A DNA stretch of 64,000 nucleotides from Strigamia acuminata (GCA_949358305.1 OX442314.1:33418001-33482000), one strand, 5' to 3'; positions 13,323 through 27,403 are shown, counted from the first letter of the stretch. Numbers and translations are program-made. Notes: generated by a model not told the origin, from the letters alone.

Positions 13323-13911
13323 ACCCGACTAAATTTGCTTTTAAGTTCACTAAAAATCTAAGTGTTAGTTGCATTTAAACTTGCAGTTGCCCCCAGGAAA
13401 AGTAGACTGCTCTGGCTGCTGGTGGCGGAAAATTGAACTGCTCATTTAGAGCTGGAGCAGCAGAGAGCAAGTGAAGATTTTTTTGGCCATAGGTGTACAT
13501 AAAATACACAACAGCTTTTATTATGGATTATTTGATTATTAAAATAAATACCTACCTGATATTGCTAAATAATATTTTGTACCTTTCCAATGTTTTTCAG
13601 AAAAATCAGTCGACCGAACTGCTTACTTTATAATTTTTTTTCAAATGCTGTTTCCTTCAGAAGTATGTGACCAGCATCTAAAGGTAATACAACCTGGGCG
13701 GATTGAGGATTTATGTCGGTTCAAGAATTTTTTGAAAAATAATTGCCCCATTTGCCCCAGCGAGCACTTCAGGGGATCAAATCAGATTTTGTGCTCCCTT
13801 GATGGGCCTCCTCTTATTTGGGGCCCTTCGCCAAGTGGTCATGCTAGCTCCTACTCACAGGGTATGTTTATATCTAATACATCTAATTTTGCATTGTCAT
13901 TATATTCATAG

Positions 13912-15257
13912 TTTTTCCTAAATGATCTGGAAGAAGAAGTTAACATTCTGGCACCTTTGGACTTAAGCTATGGTTGGGTAAACACTGTAACACTTCAGGC
14001 AGTTCAGGTAAGGTAATAGCTTAAATTTGTGACAATTCTATCTTTTGTTATAGATTAAAAGATTAAACTATATATTGTAAGTGCAATGTGTTTTAAAATG
14101 TATTTTAGAATGTACTATCCAATGTATTTTGAAATATATTGTAATTACAATGTCTTTTAAAATGTATTTTGAAATGTATTTCATTTAGAATATAATTTAA
14201 AATGTATTTAAAATATATTCAGAAATATATTTCAAAATGTACGACGATGGTAAATACATTTCAAAATATATTGGCACACATTTCTGTACTTTTCGAAATA
14301 TATTGCAATAAATTTTGCAACCATATGGGTAATCACGTGACTTAGTTTGGCACACGCCAAACCAAAATGAAATAAAAATACACAATTTCTTTAGTGGTGA
14401 CAAATTTATTTCCCAAATAAATAAAAAACACTTCAGGGTCACCACACGTATATGCTTTTATTCAAACTCAGTTTTATTTAATGAAATAGACTGTACGAAG
14501 AAATACAAAGCATAATCCATGCGAAGAGAACAAAAGTGCTTATTTTATGTGTAAAACCGCTTGCATCCAAAGCAATTTACTCCAAAATGTTAACTGCAGG
14601 TATGCTATTTCAAATATTTCAGTTTTTACACATCTCAGTTTAACACATACAGTCAAATGCCGAATATCTGAACAGAGGTGATGGATCTTTCATCTACAGT
14701 ATACATTACGTACATCAACCCAATGTCAGATCATGCGAATAAATTGATTTTATAAACATCTATGTTTCCCAACTAGTTCCGATAATCGGCATTCTACTGT
14801 ACCTGTTGTTTAAAAATTATCTTTTCAGTTACATACCACAGTTTTTATTTTGCAAATGTCACCATTGTTTTGTATTAGATTACCTTACCTAAGGAAGCCG
14901 AATTTGCCACCTTGTAACACAACGAATGAATTTATGATCGCTCATTTAATGTACCTAAAAAATTTTGACTGGAATCAAAGACAATGCAAATGTAAACTGC
15001 CTTGCGAATATAGTTTTAACAAAATTATTTTGTATCAAAATAAATTATTAGTTAATTTTTTCACGGTAATGTTTCTGCGATTCTCTGATACTTTCGTCGA
15101 GAGTATAGAAGAGCAACAGTCATATCCGATATCTCAATTGCTAAGCGATGTCGGTAGCATTGTGGGATTAGGTTCTGGAATGTCATTGCTGTCTTTCTAC
15201 ATTTGCATTTTAAATGCTTATAATTGGTATCAGGATAGGATCCAAAAGAGGCGATAA
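13912..15257 (+). CDS. 3' exons of a DEG/ENaC (pickpocket/ASIC-like) channel: 13912-14007, 14490-14599, 14879-15257; possible further exon 13601-13662
   Basis: Phase-compatible AG/GT exons give Cys-rich segments (CKTAC..C..LPY..PPC; QCKCKLPC) and a TM2 region SYPISQLLSDVGSIVGLGSGMSLLS with a GxS filter. The 5' part is not identified. Confidence 0.85.
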
Positions 15258-15596
15258 AATATGACTGGACAAAAGCTAGCAATGTACAAAAATATTTTAA
15301 ATCTTTCTGTCGTAATTGTAACAAATTTGCAATTTGGTCTTTAGATTTTCTACTGTATTTAGGTTAGGCCTATTAGGTTTGATAAATTGTTTGTTGTTTA
15401 GAGTGCCATTAATGTCATTAAAATCTGTTTACTTGTATGTATTAATGTTACATTTTTAACTGAAATACATCACGTTATGAAATAATGTTATTTCAATGTC
15501 ATGATTATTTAAGACGTTTACAGTTAAACTTATTTTAGAAATTAATGTTATTCAAATTACTTAATTTTATAATGCTATCAAATGTCAAAAATTAAT

Positions 15597-16739
15597 GGGA
15601 ATATATTATTAATCCACTAAAATTCCTTGGATTTACACTAAAAAAAAACTAATTCTTCCACTTATTGAAATTTCCACTAACGCTCCTTTTTGGTTCCACT
15701 AAATTTATACACTAAAAAAAAACTAAATTTCCCACTACTGACTTTCCCCACTATAAAAAACTAAGTACATCCACTATTTCTACTAATTTTTTTTATTACA
15801 AAAGGAAGGCCTTCCTGGGGTTCGATGGTCTACCTCGCTTTCTTTTCTCGCCCAAAGGCACGTTCTACTTAGGTACTGCTCAATAATAGGACAAGAACAA
15901 GTTCCCTCATCCCAACCAGACCTCGGGGCCTCTCGCCGGCCACAACATCGCCTTCGGCATGCACATCGGGTCCATCTTCATTGGCCACGCGGATGTCCAC
16001 GACGACACACCACCCTCGTTCGTCGACTCCCGCCGCGCCCCGATAATCCACGGCGTGGTCGCTAGACTCCCCAATTGCTGCAGCGCCTTGCGGAGCTTCA
16101 AACAATTGGGGAGTCCGCCGGCTCATCGAGGAGCGGCAGGAGTCAACAAACGAGGGTGGTGTGTTGTCGTAGACATTCGCGTGGCCATAGTCGTCCATAA
16201 AGATGTTGGGGCCGGCGAGGGGCCCCGAGGTCTTGTTGGGACTGGGTCCCGACACGTAACTAGGACCGACGGGAGTCAATGAACGGGGAGACACGCAACA
16301 AATGCGCCCCGGACGAACCAGCCTTCGCCCGGCGAGAGATGGGCGACTATGGCCACGGCGAGGGGCCCCGAGGTCTAGTTGGGACTAGGTCCCGACACGT
16401 GACTAGAACTGGAGACTAGGACTCGGGCCTTGGCGGGGACTCGGTTGCGGGCGACTGTTGGGGCGCTCGTAGACCATGCGGGGGAAGGGTAGGTCGTCCT
16501 CGACGTTAGCCAAACGTTCGCACAGCTACAGCACAATAAACAAAAAAAAGTGGAAGTAGTAGTGGTAATATTAGTTATTTTCCCCATAATTTCATTTAAG
16601 TGGAAAATTTAGTTTTTTTTTTAGTGTATAAATTTAGTGGAACAAAAAAGGAGCGTTAGTGGAAATTTCAGTAAGTGGGAGAATTAGTTTTTTTTCAGTG
16701 TAAATCCAAGGAATTTTAGTGGACCAATAAATGGGACCC
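15597..16739 (-). mobile_element. Mutator (MULE) non-autonomous derivative, 1143 bp
   Basis: ~135-bp TIRs ending GGG/CCC; 9-bp TSD AAAATTAAT. Minus-strand remnant VPLGEKRKRGRPSNPRKAFLL** resembles C-termini of SWIM-type MULE transposases. Confidence 0.85.
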
Positions 16740-17169
16740 AAAATTAATTATATTTCCGCACACTATTCCATCTGTTATTACACACAAGTTGATATTAATG
16801 TAATTTTGAATTAATAATGCAATAAAAAGGTCACATGTACCAGGCAAATGTACGCAGATTTTCACATGCTAGATTGTTAAAGATCTTTATGTCACAGTTC
16901 CAACACGTTTGAAATTTGCATTTTTAAAAAAAAAAACAAAAAAATCAGTTTGTTGGTTATGAATGCGGCACAACATACATGCGTACTTAAAACATTAAAG
17001 TGTTTTTTTTTTAGATTCCAGTGTTTGTTTCTTTTGGACAGTGCAGTTTCTTTTCCAAATATTTAGAGTGATTTTGGTGATGTGAAATAAAGTTGACCGT
17101 TCATGTGGTTGGTATTTAAAACAATGCGATTTATTCATGTCCAAGTGGCGCTTAAACACTTCAGAGGCC

Positions 17170-18270
17170 CGTAGTTGCATTGTGGTCGGCCTTTCTAAGG
17201 TGTAAGTTCGAGTGCTGCTGCATCATCATCCTCGTCTTCAGATTCGATTATTACATCTATGGCATTTGCGTCTACAATCGGTGCATCAGGGACAGTAATC
17301 CCAATAATGTCCTCAGCATCCACGATATCAGTATTTGTTGTCACCAAAATATTGCCATAAGTCCGAATCGTTTCCATAAATGTAAAGAGAAGATTAGTAA
17401 TTTGGTCAGGAGTAATACCGGATATTTCGCTTTTGTTTTCGTCAAACACAACGTATCGCGATATTGTAATCATCCTGGATGTGGTGTTAGCCTTTCCTTG
17501 TGTGACTTTTAGTTCTTCATTCTCGACGCTTTTTCTTTGGTATATAAGAATGTGCACTGCATCCAAAAGTCCGTAGTCCACTCCACGCCTCCTCGGGAGT
17601 TGGCAAACAATTCTTTAAATATGTTGCCATCATGATGGCTTCTCCCCAGTACCAGGGCCACCTTTACCATTGGGCTAACTGGGCTGCAGCCCAGGGGCGC
17701 CGGGCAGAGAGGGGCGCTGGGCAGAGAGGAATGCCGGTCGGAGAGAAGGGCACCGAGCAGAGAATGGCGCTGGGCAGAGAGGAACGCTAGGCGGAGAGGG
17801 GTGCCGGGCAGAGAAGTATGCCAGGCGCCTCCTACAAAGAGTCTTCATGAGTGTTCAAATATAAGCTGAACTTGTAGGCCCGTTGTTGATAGTGTGTATA
17901 ACACACAGGCGCCACAGGTCAGGGGGCGCCACCCCTAAAGATGCATTTTTATGTTTGAAATGCATTTGTAGGTCCAAAAATGCATTTTTCAATTCAAATT
18001 AATTTTACACAAAAATGCTTACCGTACCTGTACTTCTTTTGGAGGGGGATGGGAGTGTGGCACCAGCATGCCCAAAAAAGAGAGTGCACTACAAGTATAC
18101 CCTAAGAACAGGCTTGTAAAATTGTAAGTGTAAAAATCATTTTTTTTAAATTACGACAAGGGAGAAGGGGCGCCTGATTTTTTTAAGCCCAGGGCGCTGA
18201 AATGTGTTAAGACAGCCCTGCCCAGTACTGGTTGCCAAGCAATGTGCAGTGTGCGCAATGATGTACGATC
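17170..18270 (-). pseudogene. Ty1/Copia integrase remnant interrupted by a hAT MITE
   Basis: After removing the MITE it reads YWGEAIMMATYLKNCLPT-PEEAWSG-LRTFGCSAHSYIPKKKRR, then ITISRYVVFDE; these are Copia integrase C-terminal motifs with deletions. Confidence 0.8.
17653..18220. mobile_element. hAT-type MITE (568 bp) with internal ~17-bp tandem repeat
   Basis: CAGGGC...GCCCTG termini; 8-bp TSD CCCAGTAC; GGGCAGAGAG-type repeats at 17697-17825. Confidence 0.9.
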
Positions 18271-18777
18271 GCAAGGGATTAGGGGATCCAATCAGCGATT
18301 AGTTCCTGTGTTCCTGTATTTCCCAATACAAAAAGTACAGAGAATTAACCAAAACTAGTTGACTAATTCAATTTAAATATGTCTCGGCGTTCAAATGGTG
18401 GAACCAGTTGAATGCCGTTACAGGTATTCTATCTAAATTTGGCCAGTAAATTTAATGTTATAACGAGGGTCGACTGTATTTAAATGACTGAAATTTTGAA
18501 ATTTTCTCCAAATAGCCGGGTCTATTCTGACTATTATTAATTTAAAAATACATTTAATATCACATGTGTACGTGTAGTAACAAATCGTGTAGTGTAGAGA
18601 AATACAATTATGTGTTTTTAAAAACTTTGTGCGGTTTGGTATTTTTAATAACATTAATTTCTAACGAGAATTTAATTATGAATTATGATCAATTGAAATA
18701 ATCACAACATTGAAATAACATTAGGTGCATTCAAAGTCAAATGAATTATTTGACTGAAATGACTGATTTGACTGATT

Positions 18778-19880
18778 GGGGTGCCGTTCCAACGGCGAAT
18801 CGTCCAAGGGCGAATCTGGCCATTCGGACGAATGGCGAATTTCGACTTTATTCTGTCCAAAACAGTCCCAACGGCAAATTTCTCCCAATTCAGCATTGGG
18901 ACTGCTTTTGGACCTTTCTAATGGCGAATTGGTAAACGATTTGCCATTGGAAACGCAAAAACGTGACCAATGGCGAATATGTGTGTGCTGAATTTCGCCA
19001 TTGGAAACGCAAAAACGTGACCAATGGCGAATATGTGTGTGCTGAATTTCGCCATTGGAAACGCAAAAACGTGACCAATGGCGAATATGTGTGTGCTGAA
19101 TTTCGCTATTGGAAAGGGTTTTGCGTTTCCAATAGCGAATATGTGTGTGCTGAATTTCGCCATTGGAAACGCAAAAACGTGACCAATGGCGAATATGTGT
19201 GTGCTGAATTTCGCCATTGGAAACGCAAAATCGTGACCAATGGCGAATATGTGTGTGCTGAATTTCGCCATTGGAAACGCAAAAACGTGACCAATGGCGA
19301 ATATGTGTGTGCTGAATTTCGCTATTGGAAAGGGTTTTGCGTTTCCAATGGCGAATTGAAATTGAACGAGCCGAGTGTGTATTTAAAGTGCTTGTGAGTC
19401 ACGAGCGAACGATTTGGTTTGTTTAAACTGGTCGACTGATTTATTTAGAAAGTTCTGCTGTTTAAATAAGACGAATTAAACAGAACGTTGAGTGGACGTG
19501 ATTCCCTAAAGCAAACGAACTGTGGACGTGATGCCAGGCGAGAGGTGACCGGATGTCACAGTGCTAAAGCCAATATTGGCCTAATATTGGTAGGCTACAA
19601 GAACGTATTGCTAGCTGATCGATTTTTACACATGCCGCATTTGCGCGATCGAATACAGCTAAACACCCGCCGTATTTGGGCGATCGAATACAGCCAAACA
19701 CCCGCCGCATTTGCGCGATCGAATACAGCTAAACACCCGCCGTATTTGGGCGATCGAATACAGCCAAACACCGGCCGTATTTGGGCGATCGAATGCGGCG
19801 GATGTTTGGCTGCATTCGATCGCGCAAATGCGGGCAGTGTTTGGTCGGTTCTCAGGTCTTAAAAAAATAAATAATAATTG
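18778..19880 (+). repeat. Left arm of a ~1.1-kb inverted repeat (54-bp and 35-bp tandem arrays)
   Basis: 54-bp unit AATGGCGAATATGTGTGTGCTGAATTTCGCCATTGGAAACGCAAAAACGTGACC (~8 copies), then a 35-bp GCGATCGAATACAG unit; mirrored at 30075-31218. Confidence 0.92.
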
Positions 19881-22800
19881 AAATTGAACGAGCCGAGTGT
19901 GTATTTAAAGTATTTAAAGCAAACGAACTATGGACGTGATGCCAGACGGATGTCACAGCGCTAAAGCCAATATTGGCTATAATTGGTAGGTTACAAAAAC
20001 GTATTGCTAGCTGACTCCGACTGGTCCGCAACACACGCAACACACGCTGCTGGTTTTAATTCAAAGTTATCTTTATTTGTAATTCTAACTGGTTATGTAG
20101 TGCAATCGTCAGCTCCTATTGGCTGTTTAAAATAAAACGTTATTGAGACGTTCTCGTCTCCTTCCCATTCTCGTGTTCGTCTCGTCTCGTGTTCCTCAGG
20201 AACCCGAAAATTCTACAATTCATTAGTTCGAGACCAGCAGGACATGAACAGTGTTACACAACAATTTAGAACCCAAACGGACTCAGCATCGAACGGAATC
20301 ACATGTGCGAGGTCAAGTTAAACTTTCCATTCGATATCGATGCGAGTAACCTTGTATGTATATAAATATAACGCCTCACGCAGCACGTAAAACGTATTTA
20401 CACGACATTTTTACTGAAATAAAAGTTTGAAATTAAACAAAAAGCAATTTGAGGCACAAAACTGTGCATTTAAGTGCAAAAATTCATACTTTTGGCTTAA
20501 ATTTTGAAACTTGTATAAACAATGCCGTGTGGGTCCAAAAAACGCTTAAATAAATGAAAAATGAATTTTAAAATGAATTTTTGTTACAGGCATCGAGTAA
20601 CAGCACCGGACATTACGTTTACTTCACCAAACATAAAACGAAGATAGTACGACGGACAACGCACCCGAAATTTATGGAAGATACATATTTTTAATATTGT
20701 GTAAATTATTATGTCTATACATTAATGCTTCTTTTTGGAAAGGAGATCGAAAAAACCGTTAATAAAACTTCTGTTATTCTATATTATGGAATGGATTTTT
20801 TTGTGTTAATAAAATAAATTTTAGAAATTTTTCTAATATTTGAATTAATAATCATTTGGATTGAAATGAGCACGGTGCTTTTGTAGAAGCGCGCAAAGCA
20901 TTGCGGAGTACCTGCTCTGCACGCAGGAGCAGCAAGCGGTACAGCCAATCTAGCTGCCTGATTTAACATTGTTGTCCCAAGAGCAGCAATCGGAAATGTA
21001 GAAAGCGGCGCCTAATCGCTTCAAACAACACGTTTTTGAAAAGTTTAATTCTTTTCATCACATATTGTCTATGTTATTATTCATTAAGCAGAGCCGGCTT
21101 GTGGGTCTTGCAAAAAATGTTTTTATTTTGGCAAAGTATTTTTTATCCCAAAAAGTTCATTTGTAAAGTAGATTGTCTCTAAAAAGAGTCTATTGCAGCA
21201 CATGATAATGCATTTATTTGCCTAAAAATGTCTAAAAATGCATTTATTTTCGCCAGGTCGCTTACTACGACAAGACTGAAACGTTGCAAATGAGATTGCA
21301 CAAATTTTGACAATTTTGCATTAAAATGACCCAAAAAAAATGCATTTTTACACGCAGATTGCAATTTGTCTGTCGAAAGAAACGTTTTCTAGTGGTTTCT
21401 GCAGATGATGATGTTAATCTGAGCCAGCCATTTGATCTCTCTCGTTTACAATGCTACATGAAATACGGATTGCCGAAACGGGACTCAATTTTAAGATACA
21501 ATCGGACTCTCCAACCCAGCTGGGTTTTGGAACACTAAAAAAACAAAAGCCGCATTGAACTTTACAAGTGTAGGGCCATCCACGTATTTGAAATGTTTCG
21601 CAACACCAAAATATAGTAGGCACTTGATTCAAAATTTGATCGTGAAGATGGTGATGAGGAAACTGAAGTGTTTCATTATTGAACATTGCAATTATTGCAC
21701 TAGAATGCAGAGAATTCTCCGCATTCATCGAGGTTTGATAACCGATCGAATGATTTGATTTTTTGACGTTTTTGATGGATTTAAATGTGAAAAAAAGTTA
21801 TTTTTGGTTGGAAAATATCGATTTGAGCTCGAATTTTGATGAATTTGTTATGAAAATGTGAATTTTTGATGGTTTTTAACACTTTTAACCGATTTACATT
21901 CTGATTAATGTGGATACGTTTAGGAATTGTTCCATTTATGGTTTGTTTTGGCCAATCATGCGCTGTTTAGTTTCGTACTGACAATTTTGCATTAAAATAG
22001 CACGAAAAAATGCATTTTTACACGCAGATTTCAATTTGTAAGTTTGCTTACTGTTAAAACTATTTATAGGAAAAGGCAAACTGTGTAAGATTTGTATTAC
22101 TTTTCATTTTAATTTTTTTTTCTCAAATATACTTGTAGAAAGTACGATTGGGAGGACAGCAGTGCCTGCATATGGACATGATCAAGATCTATTTTGAAAA
22201 CGAATAATTATACAAAAAATATTTAATATTTTTGAAAAATTGTACTTCCTTATTTTAAATTTGATGTATTTTTCTTTCAATTGAATAAAAACATATATTT
22301 TAATTTTTTCATCGATTTTTTCATTCCAACATGATTGACGGCCGGAAAATGAAGGCAAAATTGTCTATTTTAATAAAAATAAAAACATGATCAAATGTTG
22401 AAGAAAGAACTAGCTGCTAAGCTGATTGAAAAAAAAAGAATTTGAAACAAACGTCGAAGAAGTAGACACGATAAGAGCATCGTCCGATTTCGTGGGAAAT
22501 GAGACGCGGCATCGAAAAGTGATATCCTCGTAAGTTGCGAGGCAGGAAAGCCACGCGTAATGAACCTCGATTCAAGAAACGACCTTAAAGCCGAGACAGC
22601 AAATTACGTGAATTAATTATAACCGTTGACTAAATGCAATTAAAAGTTTTATTCAACATATTGGAACGTATTGGAACACGTATTGCAACCAGTATTAGAC
22701 ACTCTGGATAACTTTTTTAATGTTTTTGAGATGGCGGAAATGTAAAACCAAGATGAAACGATCATCGCTGTTCAAATATTCGTTCTAATGAACACGAACC

Positions 22801-25800
22801 AGATGTCGGAGACGGACATGCATTTGGTCATCATTGACACAATTAGAGAGTCTCGTTTTAAAGGTGAAACGCAATAAATTGGCGGAATTTGTCATACTTA
22901 TACTGAATTGGGAAATAAGACACGTGGACGACGAGAAAACAACACGACTTGGGACCATAGCTTTTGGATGAGAACAAAAAACCATTCGACTATTTTCCGA
23001 CAGTTTCGAGCACAGGACACATGTTTTATTGCAGTTTATCCAGTAGGAGGAGGTTTACCGCTCCCGTGGGCGACACAGACTTGCACATGCAGTTCTATAA
23101 AAATGAAGAAACGACGATAATTTTTGATAACATCACAGAATAAAAATTCGTGTTTTTATTTCGAATTGAAAATGTAGCGGTCGGTTTATTTTGACGATCA
23201 AATTGAAGGCAGCAATTGCAGGCTTTTGCCAATCGGTGACAAGTATTTCTTCGACTTGGAAATCCACATGAAAATCTTGGAGAGTTGTATAAATGAGAGA
23301 GAAATTGCCGGGTAGTTGGCAAAATTAAAAATGTAAAAGTCAGTGCAGAAATTCGACGGAGAAATTAATATTTTCCCGAGAGTTGATAATTCCACTGATT
23401 TATGAATACATCAGCACATTTTTGAATTCGTGGAAGATAAATTAGAGATAAACAAAATATATCGATCTCGTTCAGTTTGTGACGATTCTACTTTTGGTTG
23501 AATTATAAGCCATTAAACGAGATAAATCGGTCGGAACAAGACATTGCTAAACCTAACAATAACCTAACCGAGATAAGCTACGAAATATGTGCAACGTGAA
23601 TAAATAACCAGAATAGCAAATAACTTACGGTTTTCCATGTTTATTATCAATACAACTGGTTCTGGGTTCTGGGCATGTGTAAACATAACCGATCGTTTTT
23701 GACGTTGCAATCGAATTCTTTCGAAGGTCGCCATGTCGTTTTTTCACTGTTCGATTGAATCTACGTTGGAACGACGTATCGTGGGCGGACATGAGTGTAT
23801 CATGGTTTTGATTATACAATACGAATGTAAATATAATCAGGTATGTGTTTATTTTGTAAATAAACTTTTAACACGAATAAACTTAAAAATGCATTGATTT
23901 GCCTAAAAAAGGTCTAACTTGCCTAAAAAAAGGTCTTTAATGCATGAAAATGTTTATAACTGCTTAAAAAAAATTTGTCGTTATTAAACCTGTTACTTTC
24001 TCTCCTAATTTTATGTTAAATGGGCCACACATAGTCTTTGCACTCGTTCCCGAAGCCTTCCAAGCCGGCCTCGCCATCAAACCGTATCAAACATTTTTTG
24101 CAAAGCAAAAGGTAGTTGTCACAAAGTCATTCATTACTTTAAAAAGAATTTCTTGCCTTTTAGTCCTAACTCAAAAAATGTAGCACCTATGTGCCAAGTC
24201 TAATCCCTATTGTTTCAAAGTTTCCTGTCCTTTATGCAAACTTTCCCTTTGCCGACCCAATGTCGCCAGACAGGCAATTATTTCAATTAACATAATTTAG
24301 ATCTACGAAAATACCCCTTTCCTTTGTGTAACTCAAAGGTTATAAAGACCCAAATTTTCCGATTCTCCTCACTTTTCGAAGTATCTTCTGCGTGCGTACC
24401 AACGTGCACCCAAAGATCCACTCCTTCGCAAACTGAACGCAAATTTAGGACGACCACTGAAAAACTCGATTCGAACTCTCCATTGACGGTAAGAAATTTA
24501 TTGTATTGTTTCTTACCCTGTTGAATAGCTTCGAGTTGTTACATTAGTGAGACGTCTGATAATATTAACTCAGAATCGTGTATTTTCTTGAATTCTCTTC
24601 GAATTTAGGAATCTCAACCCCTTATTGGAGGCTTTGTAAACGCGCATCACAGTACTTCGTGATTCTTGTTATATATATATACATATATATATATTGGATA
24701 TGGTTTTATTAGATTATTAATTAGTTCTTAATAAATATGTTTATCTCTTAAATGTCACACACTTGTGTTGGCTCAACATGTTATTTTGATCACATTCACC
24801 TATCAAATCACATTGTCGATTGTTACGAAGTCGGATATTAATCCTTATTCACTTGTTTATTTCTTCTCTACACCTAAACTAATTTGTGGTCACATGTGCA
24901 GTGACCTCCCCTATCCCCCCTACCTCTGGAGTGACTCACGGCCGCATTCGATTGCAAACGATTTTCACTGATTTCATATTGACACTGCAAAGATTAATTT
25001 TACTGATTTCATTTAATTATTCCTTTTTTTCTCTGATTTCATTTGAGATATTTTCGATTTATAGTGATTTCATTGATATATTAATAATTTTCATTGATTT
25101 CATTGAAATATTCTTGATTTTCACTACTGATTTCATTGAAATACAGTATTCCTGATTTTCAGGGAATTTATACAGATCTTCAGTGGATTTATACTGATTT
25201 TCAGTGGATTTTTATTGATTTCCGTGGATTTAATGCAAAGCGATGTCGCCGAGATATTATTCGACAAACTCGCCACACAAAACATCAAATTAATCGAGTA
25301 AAAATTTAAAAAAATCAATAAATCGATTAATTTGATCAATTTCCAGATTAATTTTTCATCAGCAAATTTTCTAATCACCCACACAGGGGCGGATCTAGCT
25401 TTTCGGGGGCCCGGGGCTTGAGGTTTTTTCGGGGCACCTTTCACCCACATTTTTTAATCAATTTTCACGTGATTTTTTTTTTATTTATTTATTTTTTTAT
25501 AATATTTTTTTTTTTTTTTTTTTTTTTAAGGAATTTAAGTGAAGTCACATTATTCAGCAATAGTCATTCTGTCCAAAAGACTATTTATTTCTGTACTAAG
25601 CCGTGGAATAGTAGGAAGTTTTCATTAGAAGCAACTCGCGCATTTCAATTCTTTTTAAGGTAATGACTTTGTGACCACAATCTTTTGCTATGCATAAAAT
25701 GTTTGATACGGTTTGATTGCGAGGCCGGCTTGGAACAAAAAAATATATTTTTAGACTTTAAAATATAACTTAGCTAAAATATTAGACGCTTTTTAAAAAA

Positions 25801-26854
25801 AAACTTAGTCTATATTTTGAAAACTTATATTTTAAAGTTGTTAGCAATGAGAGAGCGGCTGACAAGAGAATTGACAACTGTTCTGGTTGGAAAATGTGCA
25901 CAAACTGATTTATTCGAGCTCTTTACAATTAAAAAGTAAACAAAACAATTCTCGAACTTAAAATGTTACGACTTCTTCAATTGGTTGGCTTGACGCGACG
26001 TCATCAAACGACACCGACAGGTGCGCTACGTGGCAGGTGTTCGCCCCAGGCGCAAGGTCATCGCACAGACGTGAGGTCATCCTATGGCCTCACAAAAGTC
26101 TAAAAATATATTTTTTTGTTTCATTTCTTCTGGTAGAACTTACTGCTGCTATTCTCTTGGTTATTTTCTACTTTAGTATAAAGAAATTCTTACAATTCAT
26201 CCAGAATTGTATGTTAACTAAATTTCACGTCATTATGACGTAATTGTAAACTCTGCCAACGGAATTTTTTCTTTAAAGATCATAGGAAAAGAAATAAAAA
26301 ATTTCTCTCATAGCTTTGAAATAACCATGTTAAATCAAAATAAATTAGGCGCATTCAATTCTAAATTACCAAATTCCGATTTCAAAAACTTGATTACAGA
26401 ATCGGTTTTTAACTTTTAACGAGTTAAACAACTAAACATCTGTAATGCAGGGAAGCATTACATATTAGACTTCTAAATCCTGTCCCTCTGTCCCTAAATA
26501 AAACACCGAAATAAAAGAAGATACAGTAATTAAATAAAAAATAAAATTTTTGGCCAAAATAGAGCAACAACAAACCAAATCCCGCCAAAATTCGATCAAA
26601 AATGATCAAATTCGCGTAAGATAGCTCAACAACAAAAATATAAAAATAAATAATACTGTAATTTGTATTAACGACAATCAAAAATCTAATAGTTTTGCAT
26701 TTTCCGCTACAAAGCCGTCGCCGGTTGCTAGGAGACAGCGAGACGGCTGCACTGTAATGCGCGTTGATTCGTTCGTAAATTGGTTGTTTTTTTTTGTTTG
26801 ATACATTTAATCGGAAAACTTTTTGATTTGATTTGATTTATTGAAAAGAGGAGC

Positions 26855-26962
26855 CAGGGCCGTTTCTACCTATGAGGCGAAGAGGCGGCCGCCAGGTGGC
26901 CATGCCGTGGTAAGTAACTTTACCAAGGCCGCCTCTTTGCCTCATAGGTAGAAACGGCCCTG
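26855..26962. mobile_element. Palindromic hAT-type MITE (108 bp)
   Basis: ~36-bp inverted ends starting CAGGGCCGTTTCTACCTATGAGGC; 8-bp TSD AGAGGAGC; same family as 6040-6205. Confidence 0.9.
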
Positions 26963-27403
26963 AGAGGAGCGAAAAGTGTATCTTAATTATGCGTTTTTAA
27001 GATTTTTCATTCGAAATTCGAAAGTTAGATTACATTGCATCTGCCATGCGGCTAAAAGTTATTCATTTAAAATGGGTACATAACCTTTTTTAAGGTTATT
27101 TCAAAGCTATGAGAGAAATTTTTTATTGCTCTTCCTATGACCTTAAAGGATTTTGAAGAGATTTGAATTTTTTTCCATCGTTTTTTGAATAAAACTCATT
27201 TTTTTGCGGTTTTTTTTAAAAATAAAATTGAATTTTTCATCAATTTTGAATTAAATTGAGTTTTTAAAAAAATGTTTTTGAATCAAATTGAATTCTCAAA
27301 AGATTTACATGAGGCTTTGTGATGTTATTTTGTAAATTTTTAATTTATTAATTCTTTATTAATTCTTTTAATTTTACAGCGGATATCAATATCAAATACA
27401 GAC

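Noticed and set aside
12691..13374. ORFs spanning the N gap or the 22-bp minisatellite
   Set aside because: Artefacts of Ns and repeat periodicity.
18918..19397. 54-bp tandem array as a CRISPR array or repeat-protein ORFs (also 30596-31203)
   Set aside because: The units are contiguous with no unique spacers, there are no cas genes, and the context is eukaryotic. The ORFs arise because 54 is a multiple of 3.
24537..24920. Possible minus-strand LTR with a polypurine tract
   Set aside because: Only a purine run and a TGTTACA end were seen; there is no partner LTR, PBS or TSD.
24960..25235. Degenerate ACTGATTTCA repeats (similar low-complexity tracts at 14090-14300, 27150-27300, 29500-29640)
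   Set aside because: Ordinary degenerate minisatellite or MITE interiors; the overlapping ORFs are compositional artefacts.
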